From IMG/VR virus record IMGVR_UViG_3300003322_000515, positions 1-61,028 of that record: a stretch of 61,028 nucleotides of DNA. The stretch is one strand, 5' to 3'. Below the pieces are notes generated by a model that was given only the letters and a program-made list of their open reading frames with translations, made no database searches and was not told the origin of the DNA. Positions 43,001-52,673 of this stretch are shown here, piece after piece (the first letter of the stretch is position 1; every line of letters begins with the position of its first letter). The position numbers were made by a program, and so were the translations under genes. Source of the stretch: a virus.

Positions 43001-43538
43001 CGGCGGTCTGTTCCCGGCCGCTCCATCAGCATCTGGTGGTGGCGGGTTGTTCGGATGGATAGGTAGCCTGTTCAGTTCGCCATTCAAAGCCGCTGGCCCG
43101 CAAGGCGCTGCCGCATTGGCGGGAACTCTTAAGCCCGGTCTCTTCGCCGACGGTGGCTACACAGGCCCCGGCAGCAAGAACACGCCGGCCGGTATCGTGC
43201 ATGCAGGCGAATTCGTCGTGCCTAAGCACATCGTCGATAAGATCGGCGTTCCTGCTCTGAGCACCATGATAAAGGGCTACGCCAACGGCGGCCTTGTGAC
43301 GCCTGCATTGGTTTCCGCTCCTACGGCTCCAACGCTGCAGCCTCGCATGGCGCCAACCGGCGCGAACAATAATCAGCCTGGCGTCCTGAACGTCCACATC
43401 CACGGCGCAAGCGGTGACGACCATATCCGCACGCTTGTCAAGCAGGGCGTCGGCGAAGGCCTGAACGGTTACAACGACAATCAAGTCCGCGGTGGTTTTG
43501 GAAACAACCAGAATAAGTGGAACGCCCGCAAGGGTTGA
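40098..43538 (+). CDS. Tape measure protein with an embedded lytic-transglycosylase-like domain
   Basis: 1146 aa with long coiled-coil regions. IESGGNYGALG...AYGAYQVMG motif near residue 840. Confidence 0.9.
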   Translation: MADQDDLIISISTDLTTVKRALTKLVGDVGTASDQISKKFDAAGKNIDRSMTTAMQSRIDQMVGIGTKGANEWNGALAAQGKQLEALRAKYNPLFATISQYKSNLADLKRAYAIGAISSAEFTAAQSRERQATLANIAAIKGRNSAIEAVPRGGVRTRGAGNNGFQTANIAAQFQDIAVTSAMGMNPLQIALQQGTQLSMALGENGAAGAAKALGAGFLSLISPISLVTVGLVAGTAALIEYFSKSHTELKTMDDALKAHTDSVNILKDSYHQLADAIKVSANLGGNSGSAAFLRANEVVQRAVNRQETKKFAGTLLPDSGIVNSIPFFGNGGTPISTLKNLSGSLKQFQPAVDALLQSVRNGAPDFDKFNASVEATFQTLVGSSDSPEALRAAADAVKSLGESALSVSTKIKVLGDDGKETSQSLAPFQSAIDRLKVAISDGNPDIAKFNDDIEAIGKSQGLQSVADQVIVLGRELLNLNIQLKELDARKAALFNNVGPNGMLLSQGKTNTDDMSDYEAFKTQQRIAASRSNQAFSAQVAGINARSPYERANAARQAAAAQYNNDETPDARKQRIQQAGRLVEIQIQHDLTEAQRDRNVALNKTVEDQKLEISLIGKTAGETAALRKEYELTSQLRIDAAKNGTQVDQKEIDLIKQKSQELGQLTDAYNKANLKKDLSFERDQLFRTPQEQQVASRLQGAGQAVDLNSPEAKQIRQNLQIAEMQDTVGSFFTSIRDGVVSNGGNIGKALGDAIKNSLLNALTKASDAAIQRLTNAVVNAFLPSGNAGSAATSGLANAGASVVAKAFGGTSSATTNPVMAGNMSAYASAIKSIESGGNYGALGPLMKSGDRAYGAYQVMGANIPSWTKSATGTAMSPSAFLNNPAAQDAVFNKYFGASVSKFGNPQDAASVWFSGRPLAKAGLASDGFNTTPEYVNKFNNALGDASKNVGTFGNGLGQLGQTLGAAGSGGLFPAAPSASGGGGLFGWIGSLFSSPFKAAGPQGAAALAGTLKPGLFADGGYTGPGSKNTPAGIVHAGEFVVPKHIVDKIGVPALSTMIKGYANGGLVTPALVSAPTAPTLQPRMAPTGANNNQPGVLNVHIHGASGDDHIRTLVKQGVGEGLNGYNDNQVRGGFGNNQNKWNARKG

Positions 43539-43556
43539 CCGACGAAAAGGCAGAAA

Positions 43557-44288
43557 ATGGCCAACTACCTGAACCTGCCGACGCTGGAAGCTAACTTCCT
43601 GGCGCCTCTACGCACGACTTTTGACGTGTCTGGGTCGTCGATAGACGGTGGCCGCAATGGCAACGGCGAGAGCCAGACGATTGAGCTTAGCGGCGGCGGA
43701 TTGGTGACTGCCACGTATGAGGACTGCAAAATCCGAGATCCGGAGCAGTACGAATATGTCAACTATCTCGGAGCCCGCTTTAATGGCGGGTTCCGCTTTA
43801 TTAATGTTCCAATCATCACCGATTGGTTTGGCCCGTTCCCGAAGGGTGGCAACATTCCCATGCCATTCATTCGGCCGATACCACACTCTGACGGCGCTTA
43901 TTTCTCCGATGGAGCCGGCTATAGCCAGGCAAGTGTGTGGGGTGAGATCACTGCCGCGGCAAGCCTGAATTCAGGCGTGATTAGCATGCGCGTCTACGGT
44001 CTCTCTAGGGCGCTTCGCTGGTCTGACTGGTTTTCAATTTACCACCAGACAAAAGGCTGGCGCGCTTACAGATATTGGGACGTGCTCTCGCGCGACGATG
44101 GCGACGGTTTCGCCGACTATACGCTGGCGTTGGCACCTCCGCTACGCGAGGCGGTAGCAGTAGGGACGCGGGTTGAATTCGCGCGTCCGCGGTTTGTTGC
44201 CAAGTTCAAAGCTGATTTCACCCTGCCGTCTGTCGTTGAGGCATTTTTCGTGACGACGCAGACTATCCAGTTTTCTGAGGCTTTTTAG
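43557..44288 (+). CDS. Distal tail protein candidate
   Basis: Position directly after the tape measure gene. Confidence 0.6.
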   Translation: MANYLNLPTLEANFLAPLRTTFDVSGSSIDGGRNGNGESQTIELSGGGLVTATYEDCKIRDPEQYEYVNYLGARFNGGFRFINVPIITDWFGPFPKGGNIPMPFIRPIPHSDGAYFSDGAGYSQASVWGEITAAASLNSGVISMRVYGLSRALRWSDWFSIYHQTKGWRAYRYWDVLSRDDGDGFADYTLALAPPLREAVAVGTRVEFARPRFVAKFKADFTLPSVVEAFFVTTQTIQFSEAF

Positions 44289-44337
44289 CCAGCCGCTGGC
44301 GCTATTTTGCGCGCCTCCTTTAGCTACCGGAGGCTCA

Positions 44338-44937
44338 ATGGCCTTTATCCCAGACAATGTCGTCGCAGAGATGCGCGGCAGCCATCAGCTTGGCATTTTT
44401 CTGCGTATCGACACGGACCCAGGACTTCATCTCTGGTTTGGCATCAACGATATTCCGGCACGCTTCGATAGCATCGATCCTGATGGCACGGTCTATCTTG
44501 GCGGCGGCCGTCTTATAGGCGTGCCTGACCTAGAGGTGCTTGTCAACGGCACGGCAGATAGCGTCGACTTTACCGTTTCCGGTGTTGATCCGTCTACCGG
44601 CGCCAAGATGCTCGACAGCATTCCGGCCGTGCGTGGCGCGCTCGTGCAGATGGGGTTGACGACGCTGGATCAATATTTCCAGCCGATGAGCAACATTATT
44701 CCGATCTGGAGCGGTATTGCGTCACATGTTGGCGAAACCGGTCAGGTGGCATCCGGCGAGAATTCGCCAACGCTAACGCTCTCCCTCTCTGTTGTTACTG
44801 GCGAGTCCACGAGGTCGCGACCGGCTCGCGTGCTGTGGTCCGACGCGCAGCAGAAGGCAATTTCGCCAACCGACGACTTTTGCAAGCAGGTCCAGCGCTT
44901 GGCGCGCGGCGTGCAGCCTGTGTGGCCGAACTACTGA
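44338..44937 (+). CDS. Tail hub/baseplate protein candidate
   Basis: Position only. Confidence 0.55.
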   Translation: MAFIPDNVVAEMRGSHQLGIFLRIDTDPGLHLWFGINDIPARFDSIDPDGTVYLGGGRLIGVPDLEVLVNGTADSVDFTVSGVDPSTGAKMLDSIPAVRGALVQMGLTTLDQYFQPMSNIIPIWSGIASHVGETGQVASGENSPTLTLSLSVVTGESTRSRPARVLWSDAQQKAISPTDDFCKQVQRLARGVQPVWPNY

Positions 44938-44965
44938 GTCTGCGGCGACTAGCCAAGGAAATCTA

Positions 44966-45367
44966 ATGACATTGCACGAATTCTTGGCGCTCCCGCACCG
45001 CTTTAGGTGGGGCGGGGTAGGCGGAGACGATTGCACGACATTCTGCGCCACATGGATTGCGGAAAGCATTGGCATCGATCCGGCCGAAGACTTGCGCGGC
45101 ACCTACCGCACACAGGAGGGCGCACAAGCGATTCTCGATGGGGCTGGCGGAATTGTCGCCCTTATAGAAGGGCGCTTGCCAGCGGGCTACGTACGCACCG
45201 AAGCGCCAGTAGATGGCGACATTGGCGTTGTTCGCTTGCCGGTCGCAGAAGGCGACATCAAGGAAATCGGCGCCATTCGTTTCGGACCGCTTTGGCTTGT
45301 TCTGGCACCGGCCGGCGTTGCCGCAAAGAAGGCTGACTTCGTAGCAGCGTGGAGGTTTGCTGAATGA
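44966..45367 (+). CDS. NlpC/P60-like tail-associated peptidase candidate
   Basis: The ATG at 44966 lies inside ORF 44792-45367. GGDDCTTFCATW resembles the DCSGF catalytic Cys motif. Confidence 0.5.
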   Translation: MTLHEFLALPHRFRWGGVGGDDCTTFCATWIAESIGIDPAEDLRGTYRTQEGAQAILDGAGGIVALIEGRLPAGYVRTEAPVDGDIGVVRLPVAEGDIKEIGAIRFGPLWLVLAPAGVAAKKADFVAAWRFAE

Positions 45368-47547
45368 GCATGCATCACCAGCGCATGCTCGCGCGCTATG
45401 GGCTTTCATATACGACTTCGCTTTACAGCCAAGTTGTCTTCGACCCCATCTTCACACCGCTATTTACCTCGTTTTTCGCGTCTATCGGCTTAGGCGCCAC
45501 GGCGGCTGGCATCGCGGGCAGCATCACCACGGCTATCGTCACAACGGCGATTACCGTTGGCATTCAAATGCTGATGGCGCCAAAGCCACCAAAGCCGGAA
45601 GACGGCAAGGTGCCGAAGTCGCAAGGCGTGCCTTACCGCATCTGGGGCGTCGGCCGCACGCGGCTAGCCGGCTCGTACATGCTTTGGGAGGCCGCGGGCA
45701 AATATCTCTATGCCGTTCAGGCAATGGCTGGCCATCGCATCAAATCTGTAAATCGCTATTGGCTTCACGATGATGAAGTCATGATCGACGCCGATGGCTT
45801 CACCACTAACGATGACGGCGGTCGCTACGGCAACAACGTCAGGATCATGTCGCGCCTTGGTGCTGCGACTGAAACTGCATTTGCTCCCATCGTTGCCAAA
45901 CTTGGTGCATCCGGCATCTGGACTAACAATCATCGCGGCGACGGCCAGGCTAGCCTTGGCATGATCGCGGAGTCGACCGAAGCTAAAAACCAGCAGAAGC
46001 GCTTCCCGTTCGGGCCGCCATCGCTGTCGGCCGAATGCGATCTTACCTATTGCTGGGACTTCCGAGATCCTGCGCAAGATCCGGAAAATCCGGCGACTTG
46101 GACTTGGACGCAAAACAGCGCCGTAATCCTGGCTTGGCATCTCTGCTTTAATGAGTTTGGTAGCAGGAAGGATTATCGCAAGGCCATTCTTCCCGTTCTC
46201 GATATGTGGATTGAAGAAGCTGATATCTGCGATGAGGACGTACCTCTTGCGGGCGGCGGCACTGAGAAACGCTACGAATGTAATGGCTGGGACACGACAG
46301 AGAATAGCCCAAAGGTAGGCATAAACGCAATTCTGGCAACGTGTGACGGCTGGATGTGCGAACGCGGTGATGGCGCCATTTTGCTCACCGTTGGCAAGTT
46401 TCGTGAGACTCGCGTCGCAACGCTGAGCGATGCAGACATTATCGGCCATCAGATTCAATACGACGTTCTTTTCGAGGATGAGTGCAACCGCCTCATTCCG
46501 AAATTCACGTATCCAGCAACAGACTATTCGACCTGCGATACTGATTATTTCGAAGACAGCGCAGCCCAGATTTCCGCCGGCCGCGTACTCGCACAAGATG
46601 GCGATTACGGCTGGTGTCATCAGTGGCGGCAAGCCAGAAGGCTTGGAAAGCGCGACTGGCTGCGAATTCAGCAGAAGGTCAAAGGCTCGATCGACGTCCG
46701 GCTGTCGGGCATCAATGCGATCTATAGCCGATGGGTGCGCCTTTCTACACCAGTTCGCCTGCCCCGCCTTGACGGCAAGCTGATTGAAAACCGCCGTGCG
46801 CTGCTGTCCCTGACAAAGGGCGGCTTTAGCATGGAGATCAACCAGCACCCTGAAAACATCGACGACTGGAATCCAGCCGTTGACGAGGGAATGCAGCCAC
46901 CAGTGCCGCAGTCGCCAGACCCTGACGCCATTCCGACACCAGTCATCAATCTGGTGCAGGCTCTTACAAGCAATGGCTCTGTCTATCTGCGCGTCATTAT
47001 CATTGATCCAGCTGACGACAGTCTGACGCCAGTCGTGCGCTATCGCGTGCAAGACATCGGTTCTGGCGTTGCCGGCGCTTGGGTTGAACAACAGTTTCCT
47101 GATGCGCCGCCATCTGGTGGTTTCATCAACATGAACACCAACAACGTGCCGGCGGATACCACGCTGGACGTTGAAGCGGCGTTCATTGGCTCGAACGACT
47201 CCTATGGCGAATGGTCTCCGATAGAAAGCGTCGTCTCAACGTCAGATCCAACGCCGCCAGGCCCGGTAACGGGCGCCAGCGCAACGGGTGGCGTAGGGCA
47301 GGCGACGTACAACTGGACGGCGCCGAACAGCAGCAACTACGGCAGCTCGAGGCTCTACTGGAACACGGTCAACAACTTTAGCACGGCGACAGCGGTTAGC
47401 CCGACCGAAGGCGGCGCTCCTGGCTTGCCGGATAGCCATGTCGTTACCGGCCTCACAGCAGGCGTGAAATACGGCTGGGTTGTTGCGCTCAATCGCTCCG
47501 GCATCGCGGCTGCTGAAGTCGCGACAGGCACTTTTACTGTTACTTAA
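45364..47547 (+). CDS. Tail tip / host-specificity protein (gpJ-like)
   Basis: 727 aa; YRIWGVGRTRLAGSYMLWE central-fibre pattern; FN3-like C-terminal region. Confidence 0.8.
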   Translation: MSMHHQRMLARYGLSYTTSLYSQVVFDPIFTPLFTSFFASIGLGATAAGIAGSITTAIVTTAITVGIQMLMAPKPPKPEDGKVPKSQGVPYRIWGVGRTRLAGSYMLWEAAGKYLYAVQAMAGHRIKSVNRYWLHDDEVMIDADGFTTNDDGGRYGNNVRIMSRLGAATETAFAPIVAKLGASGIWTNNHRGDGQASLGMIAESTEAKNQQKRFPFGPPSLSAECDLTYCWDFRDPAQDPENPATWTWTQNSAVILAWHLCFNEFGSRKDYRKAILPVLDMWIEEADICDEDVPLAGGGTEKRYECNGWDTTENSPKVGINAILATCDGWMCERGDGAILLTVGKFRETRVATLSDADIIGHQIQYDVLFEDECNRLIPKFTYPATDYSTCDTDYFEDSAAQISAGRVLAQDGDYGWCHQWRQARRLGKRDWLRIQQKVKGSIDVRLSGINAIYSRWVRLSTPVRLPRLDGKLIENRRALLSLTKGGFSMEINQHPENIDDWNPAVDEGMQPPVPQSPDPDAIPTPVINLVQALTSNGSVYLRVIIIDPADDSLTPVVRYRVQDIGSGVAGAWVEQQFPDAPPSGGFINMNTNNVPADTTLDVEAAFIGSNDSYGEWSPIESVVSTSDPTPPGPVTGASATGGVGQATYNWTAPNSSNYGSSRLYWNTVNNFSTATAVSPTEGGAPGLPDSHVVTGLTAGVKYGWVVALNRSGIAAAEVATGTFTVT

Positions 47548-47564
47548 AAAAGGAGGCCGGACGA

Positions 47565-49163
47565 ATGGCCGAAACTGCGGAACTTATTTGGGAAGACGGC
47601 CCTATTAGCAACCCCTCGCAACCTTCAAAGTCGCGCATTCGAGCTTGGGGCAAGTGGATTGAGACGATGATCTCAGCATTCACTTCGAATGGTGGTCTTG
47701 TTTACACCACACGAGCTCTCCTTTTCGATGACCTAAACCACGATCCGTGGACTATGGCTTGGGTTGTACAAGACCCGGTTGCCGCAAATAATGGCATCTA
47801 TTTAAAGTCCTTTGGTCCCGGCGCCGGGTTTTGGACGCGTGTCGCGGATCTTCCGTATAGCGTCATTCGCGCTGTCGATACAGGAGCGGGGCCAGGCTAT
47901 GCAATTCAGGCGACGAGCAGTCTACCGGTCACTGAATCCTCTCTGGTCATCGTGGAGCTCCAAGAAACAAATCCTTCGTCCCCTGTCACCATTTCATTTA
48001 ATTCATCGGCCCCGCTGACAATCAAGACAAATTCGGGCCAGGACCCAATTCCAGGAGGGTTGCCTGCAATCCTGCTCGGATACGCCAAGGGAACCATCTT
48101 TCGTCTCGTCAGCGATCAGACGAGCGCGACGTTCCAAGCAGCCTTGGAGGCATTGGTTGCTCAAGCAGAAGCTGCCGTTGACGCAGCGAGCGATTATGCC
48201 GATTTCGCGCGGAACAACTGGGCAAATCTTGGGCCATACACGGGCACAGGTGTCCAGACCGATTATCTGCTTTCGATCGACCCAGGCACGGCAAATAATA
48301 TGTTTGTGGTTGCTGGCGGCGTCATGCAGCTACTTTCTGACGGAGCATATTCTCTGGTCTATAGTGGTGGCAGCCCCTACATCCGCATCAAGGTTCCGCT
48401 CGGGATAAAGTTCGAGGTTCGCGTATCAAACGCGATTAATGTCAACACGCCGTCAGATCTTAGCGTCAGCACGAGCAAGCTCGTTGATGGCGCCGTAACC
48501 TTGGCGAAAATGGCGTCGAATAGTGTCGACAGCAGTAAGATCGTCGATGGCAGCATCTCAACCAGTGAACTTGCGGATAATGCTATCACATACGCAAAAA
48601 TGCAGGATGTTAGTGCGACGAAGCGGCTTCTTGGGCGCAAGACTTCAGGATCTGGCGATCCGGAAGAGATCAGCGACACAGATCTTCGCGATACCTTCTT
48701 GCCTGTCGGCAGCGTAATCGACAGCGTTGCAGCGACTCCTTATGCGACGAATGCGGACCTATCGACGGTTATACCGATTGACGACACTATTCCGCAGATT
48801 ACCGAGGGGACGCAGATCCTCACGGCTTCGATCACGCCGAAGTCAACCACAAATAAACTTCGAATTCGGTTTCGTGCCGAGGCTGTTGTTGACGGCACCG
48901 CACCGCAGAACATCGTCTGGGCGATTTTCAATGGTGGTGCGAACGCAATTCGCGCCGGAGTGGCGACTATCGGGGCAACTGGTGCCGTCCTCACGCTTTC
49001 CGGAGAGGTTGAGTATGTCCCCGGCGTCACTACTGCTCAGACCATTACTGTTCGAATAGGTGGCGCATCAGGCCGGCTGGTGAGGCTAAACGGCTCATCT
49101 GCTGGTCGACTCCTTGGCGGCGCTAGCGCGGCAACTCTTATCGTTGAAGAAATAAAGGCTTAA
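47565..49163 (+). CDS. Tail fibre protein
   Basis: Repeats SKLVDGAVTLAKMA / SKIVDGSISTSELA / NAITYAKMQ, typical of fibre shaft repeats. Confidence 0.7.
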   Translation: MAETAELIWEDGPISNPSQPSKSRIRAWGKWIETMISAFTSNGGLVYTTRALLFDDLNHDPWTMAWVVQDPVAANNGIYLKSFGPGAGFWTRVADLPYSVIRAVDTGAGPGYAIQATSSLPVTESSLVIVELQETNPSSPVTISFNSSAPLTIKTNSGQDPIPGGLPAILLGYAKGTIFRLVSDQTSATFQAALEALVAQAEAAVDAASDYADFARNNWANLGPYTGTGVQTDYLLSIDPGTANNMFVVAGGVMQLLSDGAYSLVYSGGSPYIRIKVPLGIKFEVRVSNAINVNTPSDLSVSTSKLVDGAVTLAKMASNSVDSSKIVDGSISTSELADNAITYAKMQDVSATKRLLGRKTSGSGDPEEISDTDLRDTFLPVGSVIDSVAATPYATNADLSTVIPIDDTIPQITEGTQILTASITPKSTTNKLRIRFRAEAVVDGTAPQNIVWAIFNGGANAIRAGVATIGATGAVLTLSGEVEYVPGVTTAQTITVRIGGASGRLVRLNGSSAGRLLGGASAATLIVEEIKA

Positions 49164-49166
49164 ACT

Positions 49167-50375
49167 ATGGACCCAACGCGCGTTAACTCTGCCATGCTCG
49201 ATGGTAGCTCGCCGATCCTGCTGATCGCATCTGGTCAGTCAAACATGGCTAATCATTTGCCATATGCGTGGACACCGCCGAGTAATCTATTGCTATGGAA
49301 TTGGGACGGTTTTGCCAATGCTGATACCGATATCGGCACGGCCTTTTCTCCGATCTCAGGAGAAATGGGAACTGCCTTCTCGCTTGGTGCCGAGATTGCC
49401 AAGGCTAACGCCGATCGGATGGTCTATATAGTGAACATCTCGAAGGGTTCACAGCAGATCGAAAAGTGGCTAACCGGCGGCGGCTCCCCGGACATGTTTT
49501 TGGCTCTCGATAACAATGTGCGCGCCGCGCTTGCGGTCATTGGGAAGCCGGTGGACGTTGTATTTGCTTGGTGGCAGGGCGAAGGGAATGTCACTTACAT
49601 CCAGAACAATTCGCTTTATTTGGCGAAATTCGCGCAACTTCGGGACCGGCTAAAGGCGACCTCATGGTTCCCGCGCCAGACCGCCATGCTTGTTTACGGT
49701 GTGTCCCCATACGTGCCCGCTACGCTCGGTCTGGCATCCCATTTCAACGGTATTTTGGCCAAGGCTGCTTCGCAAGAGCCTGAGACAATCAGCTACGTCA
49801 ACACACCCTCCATACCTCAATCGTTTTGGGCGACGGAGACCGATCCAAGTGTAAATTACACGCATATGACGGCTGAGGGATATCACATGGCCGGCGTGTT
49901 AGGGTTCGACACGCTGTGCGGCCGCGCCAGGCATGCGCTCGGACAAGGGAATAGCTTCACCCCTCAATTTGGCTATCATCAGGGACCAAACCCCGCGTTT
50001 TTTGCGACACATAGTGGCGGCGTTGGTCCGGTGATTGTGGGAAATTATTCGGGCGTATCCCTGAATTCAAATAATCACTTCGACTCCGTTAACGGCGTAT
50101 TCACGGCGCCAATCGATGGGATTTACAAGATTGGCTATAAGCTCGGCAACCAGAACTCCGATACGCTGCTGCAGGCGATCCTTGAATTCACGAGCAACTT
50201 CGGCACGGGCGATATAGTAGGCTCCCAAATCACTGTCACCAAGGCAAACCAGACAGCCGCCGCCGAAATATTGCTGGCGATGCATGCCAACTCTTTCATC
50301 CGCCTGAAGGTCACAACCGGGACGTTTGCGGGTGGCGGTAACCAGAATTGCTTCTGGGGCCATTTGATTAGCTAA
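49167..50375 (+). CDS. SASA/SGNH-type carbohydrate O-acetylesterase-like tail protein
   Basis: LLIASGQSNMANH motif (sialate O-acetylesterase family); C-terminal beta-rich domain. Confidence 0.65.
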   Translation: MDPTRVNSAMLDGSSPILLIASGQSNMANHLPYAWTPPSNLLLWNWDGFANADTDIGTAFSPISGEMGTAFSLGAEIAKANADRMVYIVNISKGSQQIEKWLTGGGSPDMFLALDNNVRAALAVIGKPVDVVFAWWQGEGNVTYIQNNSLYLAKFAQLRDRLKATSWFPRQTAMLVYGVSPYVPATLGLASHFNGILAKAASQEPETISYVNTPSIPQSFWATETDPSVNYTHMTAEGYHMAGVLGFDTLCGRARHALGQGNSFTPQFGYHQGPNPAFFATHSGGVGPVIVGNYSGVSLNSNNHFDSVNGVFTAPIDGIYKIGYKLGNQNSDTLLQAILEFTSNFGTGDIVGSQITVTKANQTAAAEILLAMHANSFIRLKVTTGTFAGGGNQNCFWGHLIS

Positions 50376-51603
50376 GGTGCGGAGCCATGAGGGCTGCGGC
50401 GGTAACTGCCGCAGCCACAATCAAGGCAGCCCAGCGGATTCTAATGTCCGAAATCGACGGTCTGGCGTGCTTCTTCGTAATCCAGGCGCGAGCAGGAGTT
50501 TCTACAAACTCAAATGCCAGATAGGACATAGCCAGCACGCCGATCCAATACAATGCAAGCCACGCGCTGGGATGTTTAACAATGAGGCCAGGAAAGGACT
50601 CGTAATACCTCAGCAAGATGGAATGGAGGAGATAAACAGAGAAGGAAACCTCTCCAAGGATGACGATCGGCTTACAGCCCAGTATTCGCGCGAGTAGTCC
50701 AGTCGATGACGCCATAACGAAGATGAAGGCGACAAAAACGGGGGTGAAGCCATTCTGTTCAATCCAGAAAGCGCCGGCCGGTCCAAAAAACTGGATAACC
50801 CTCGGATCGTGGGCAAAATTGTAAGCGTAGCCCACGGCTAGCAGGAGGGCGGCGCCCGCCAAAAATTCCGCCGCACTCGAAATAGAAAAACCCCACTCGA
50901 AGCGACGCTTTGTCCACAGATCTCCGACGACGACGCCAAATACGAACTCCGGAAGTCGGGCTAGTGGCGAGAAATGCAGCAGTCCTTGTAATGTGATTCC
51001 AGGAGCTTTTGGTTCGGCCGAAAGGGCCCCTCCGTTGGCATATTGGATCATGATGATCAAAGGGGCACACGCCAGCGGCAGCTTAAGCCAGTTCAGCTTG
51101 CCCCAATTCGCAATCCAAAGAGGGAAGGTAAGATAGAAGGCGGCTTCGACAGAAATGCTCCATGCCACTCCGTTGAAGGCTAGGAAGTTCTGCCACGTCG
51201 GATACCAGGCATGTGTAAGCGTGATGTAGTGCAGGATCGTGAAAAACTCTCCCGGTTGCCAGAGCTCGCCAAGCGCCGACGGCACAAGCAAAAACAACAC
51301 TAGAGTTGAAAATAGATGCATAGGCCAGACGCGCGCGAAGCGGGCCAACACAAAGTGTCTCGCCCGCACATCGCCCAGCGTTGGGTAGCTGTACGCCAGG
51401 ATGAAACCTGACAGAACGAAGAACATCGAGACGCCATGCTGAAGCGACATTCCGAGCAGGAACGCCCCATCGGTGCCCCAATATTCCCACGAATGACCTT
51501 CGACGATCGCCGCCGCAGCAATGATTCTTATTCCGGTAAGTGGATTGAGATGCCGAGCCAGCGGCGCGGATCGTGGCGCGTCCAGAACGCTTTCAACAGA
51601 CAT
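50368..51603 (-). CDS. Acyltransferase family 3 membrane protein (O-antigen/polysaccharide O-acetyltransferase type)
   Basis: 411 aa, about 10 transmembrane segments, N-terminus LTGIRIIAAAAIVEGHS. Convergent with the esterase gene. Confidence 0.85.
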   Translation of the reverse strand: MSVESVLDAPRSAPLARHLNPLTGIRIIAAAAIVEGHSWEYWGTDGAFLLGMSLQHGVSMFFVLSGFILAYSYPTLGDVRARHFVLARFARVWPMHLFSTLVLFLLVPSALGELWQPGEFFTILHYITLTHAWYPTWQNFLAFNGVAWSISVEAAFYLTFPLWIANWGKLNWLKLPLACAPLIIMIQYANGGALSAEPKAPGITLQGLLHFSPLARLPEFVFGVVVGDLWTKRRFEWGFSISSAAEFLAGAALLLAVGYAYNFAHDPRVIQFFGPAGAFWIEQNGFTPVFVAFIFVMASSTGLLARILGCKPIVILGEVSFSVYLLHSILLRYYESFPGLIVKHPSAWLALYWIGVLAMSYLAFEFVETPARAWITKKHARPSISDIRIRWAALIVAAAVTAAALMAPHLS

Positions 51604-51609
51604 ATAATA

Positions 51610-51924
51610 TTATCGAAATTTGAGGGAGGAAAAACAGAAATTGAGGAACTTAGTCAGGGCGCTGAGGGGAGGCGCTATGCCAAGCCGCTCATATCCGGCG
51701 TTAGTCAATGACATCCTGAGGCCCGCCTCTGGCATATGATTGATGCGAATGAAGCCGCGCTTTTGAGCCTCGACAGAGATGGGGTGAACCTCAAAGGCTG
51801 TATCGCTATCCGAGAAGTAAATCTCCCCGCCGCGAGCAAGCACAAACGTCAAAAGTTCCTCAACTTTCGCATGCTTGAAGCGGAAAACATCTTGCGAGTT
51901 GGCGAAACCTGGAGGTCCTGACAT
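51610..51924 (-). CDS. Hypothetical protein upstream of the acyltransferase
   Basis: ORF 51610-51984. Start MSGPPGF at 51924 has a GAGAGG RBS. Confidence 0.5.
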   Translation of the reverse strand: MSGPPGFANSQDVFRFKHAKVEELLTFVLARGGEIYFSDSDTAFEVHPISVEAQKRGFIRINHMPEAGLRMSLTNAGYERLGIAPPLSALTKFLNFCFSSLKFR

Positions 51925-52112
51925 TTCGATAGCCTCTCTTCGTCTGGTATGCGCCGTTATATTTATCACAGTTGCTCTGCGCAATACGGATAATCCGCTC
52001 CTACACCGTTCGTAAGCGGACCATTCTTAAGGACATCCCATGAAACCGAAACTCGTACCGCACAAGCGGCGCGTGCTTTTGCGCGCCTAACGGGCAGCGA
52101 AAAGGAAAATCC

Positions 52113-52673
52113 ATGAACAACGCGAAATTCTTTGCGGCTGTCAGCTCATCGCTGTTCGGCGGCAGGCTGACGCAGCCGCAGGTCGACGGAATCAACGCGC
52201 TTCTTGCTGCATCGGGAAACTTGCCGGCCGCGCAGGTCGCTTACGTGCTTGCCACTGCCTATCACGAGACCGCCAGGACGATGCAGCCTATTGCTGAATA
52301 TGGCCGCGGCAAGGGTAGGGCATACGGTAAGCCTGGTCGCAATGGCGGCCAGATTCCCTACGGGCGAGGCTTCGTGCAGACGACTTGGGATGCAAACTAC
52401 GAGCGCACCGACAAGGAACTCCATCTTGGCGGCAAGTTGATTGCCAACTACAACCTCTTACTCACAGATACCAGCGTGGCGGCGCAGGCTGCAGTTCGTG
52501 GAATGGTCGAAGGCTGGTATACAGGCCGAAAACTTTCCGCTTACTTCGGCGCGCGTAATGATGCCGTCAACGCACGCCGTATCATCAATGGCACCGACAA
52601 GGCACAGACGATCGCCGGCTATTGGTCATCGTTCTATGGTGCCATGCTCTCTTCTGCGGATGTGCCGGCATGA
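52113..52673 (+). CDS. Endolysin, glycoside hydrolase family 19 (chitinase-like)
   Basis: LATAYHETARTMQPIAEYG and YGRGFVQTTW motifs. Confidence 0.85.
   Translation: MNNAKFFAAVSSSLFGGRLTQPQVDGINALLAASGNLPAAQVAYVLATAYHETARTMQPIAEYGRGKGRAYGKPGRNGGQIPYGRGFVQTTWDANYERTDKELHLGGKLIANYNLLLTDTSVAAQAAVRGMVEGWYTGRKLSAYFGARNDAVNARRIINGTDKAQTIAGYWSSFYGAMLSSADVPA

Noticed and set aside
40098-43538. Lytic transglycosylase motif inside the tape measure protein as a novelty.
   Set aside because: Peptidoglycan-hydrolase domains embedded in tape measure proteins are common in siphoviruses, so this is recorded as a feature only.
45664-47091. Long antisense ORFs in the track: 475 aa here, plus 32477-33493 (338 aa), 34151-35362 (403 aa), 40095-40913 (272 aa), 19981-20616 and 8301-9047.
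   Set aside because: - They lie fully inside well-supported genes on the other strand (tail tip, portal, capsid, tape measure, repressor).
- They are Arg/Ala/Gly-rich shadow frames typical of GC-rich DNA, and they lack RBS or coupling signals.
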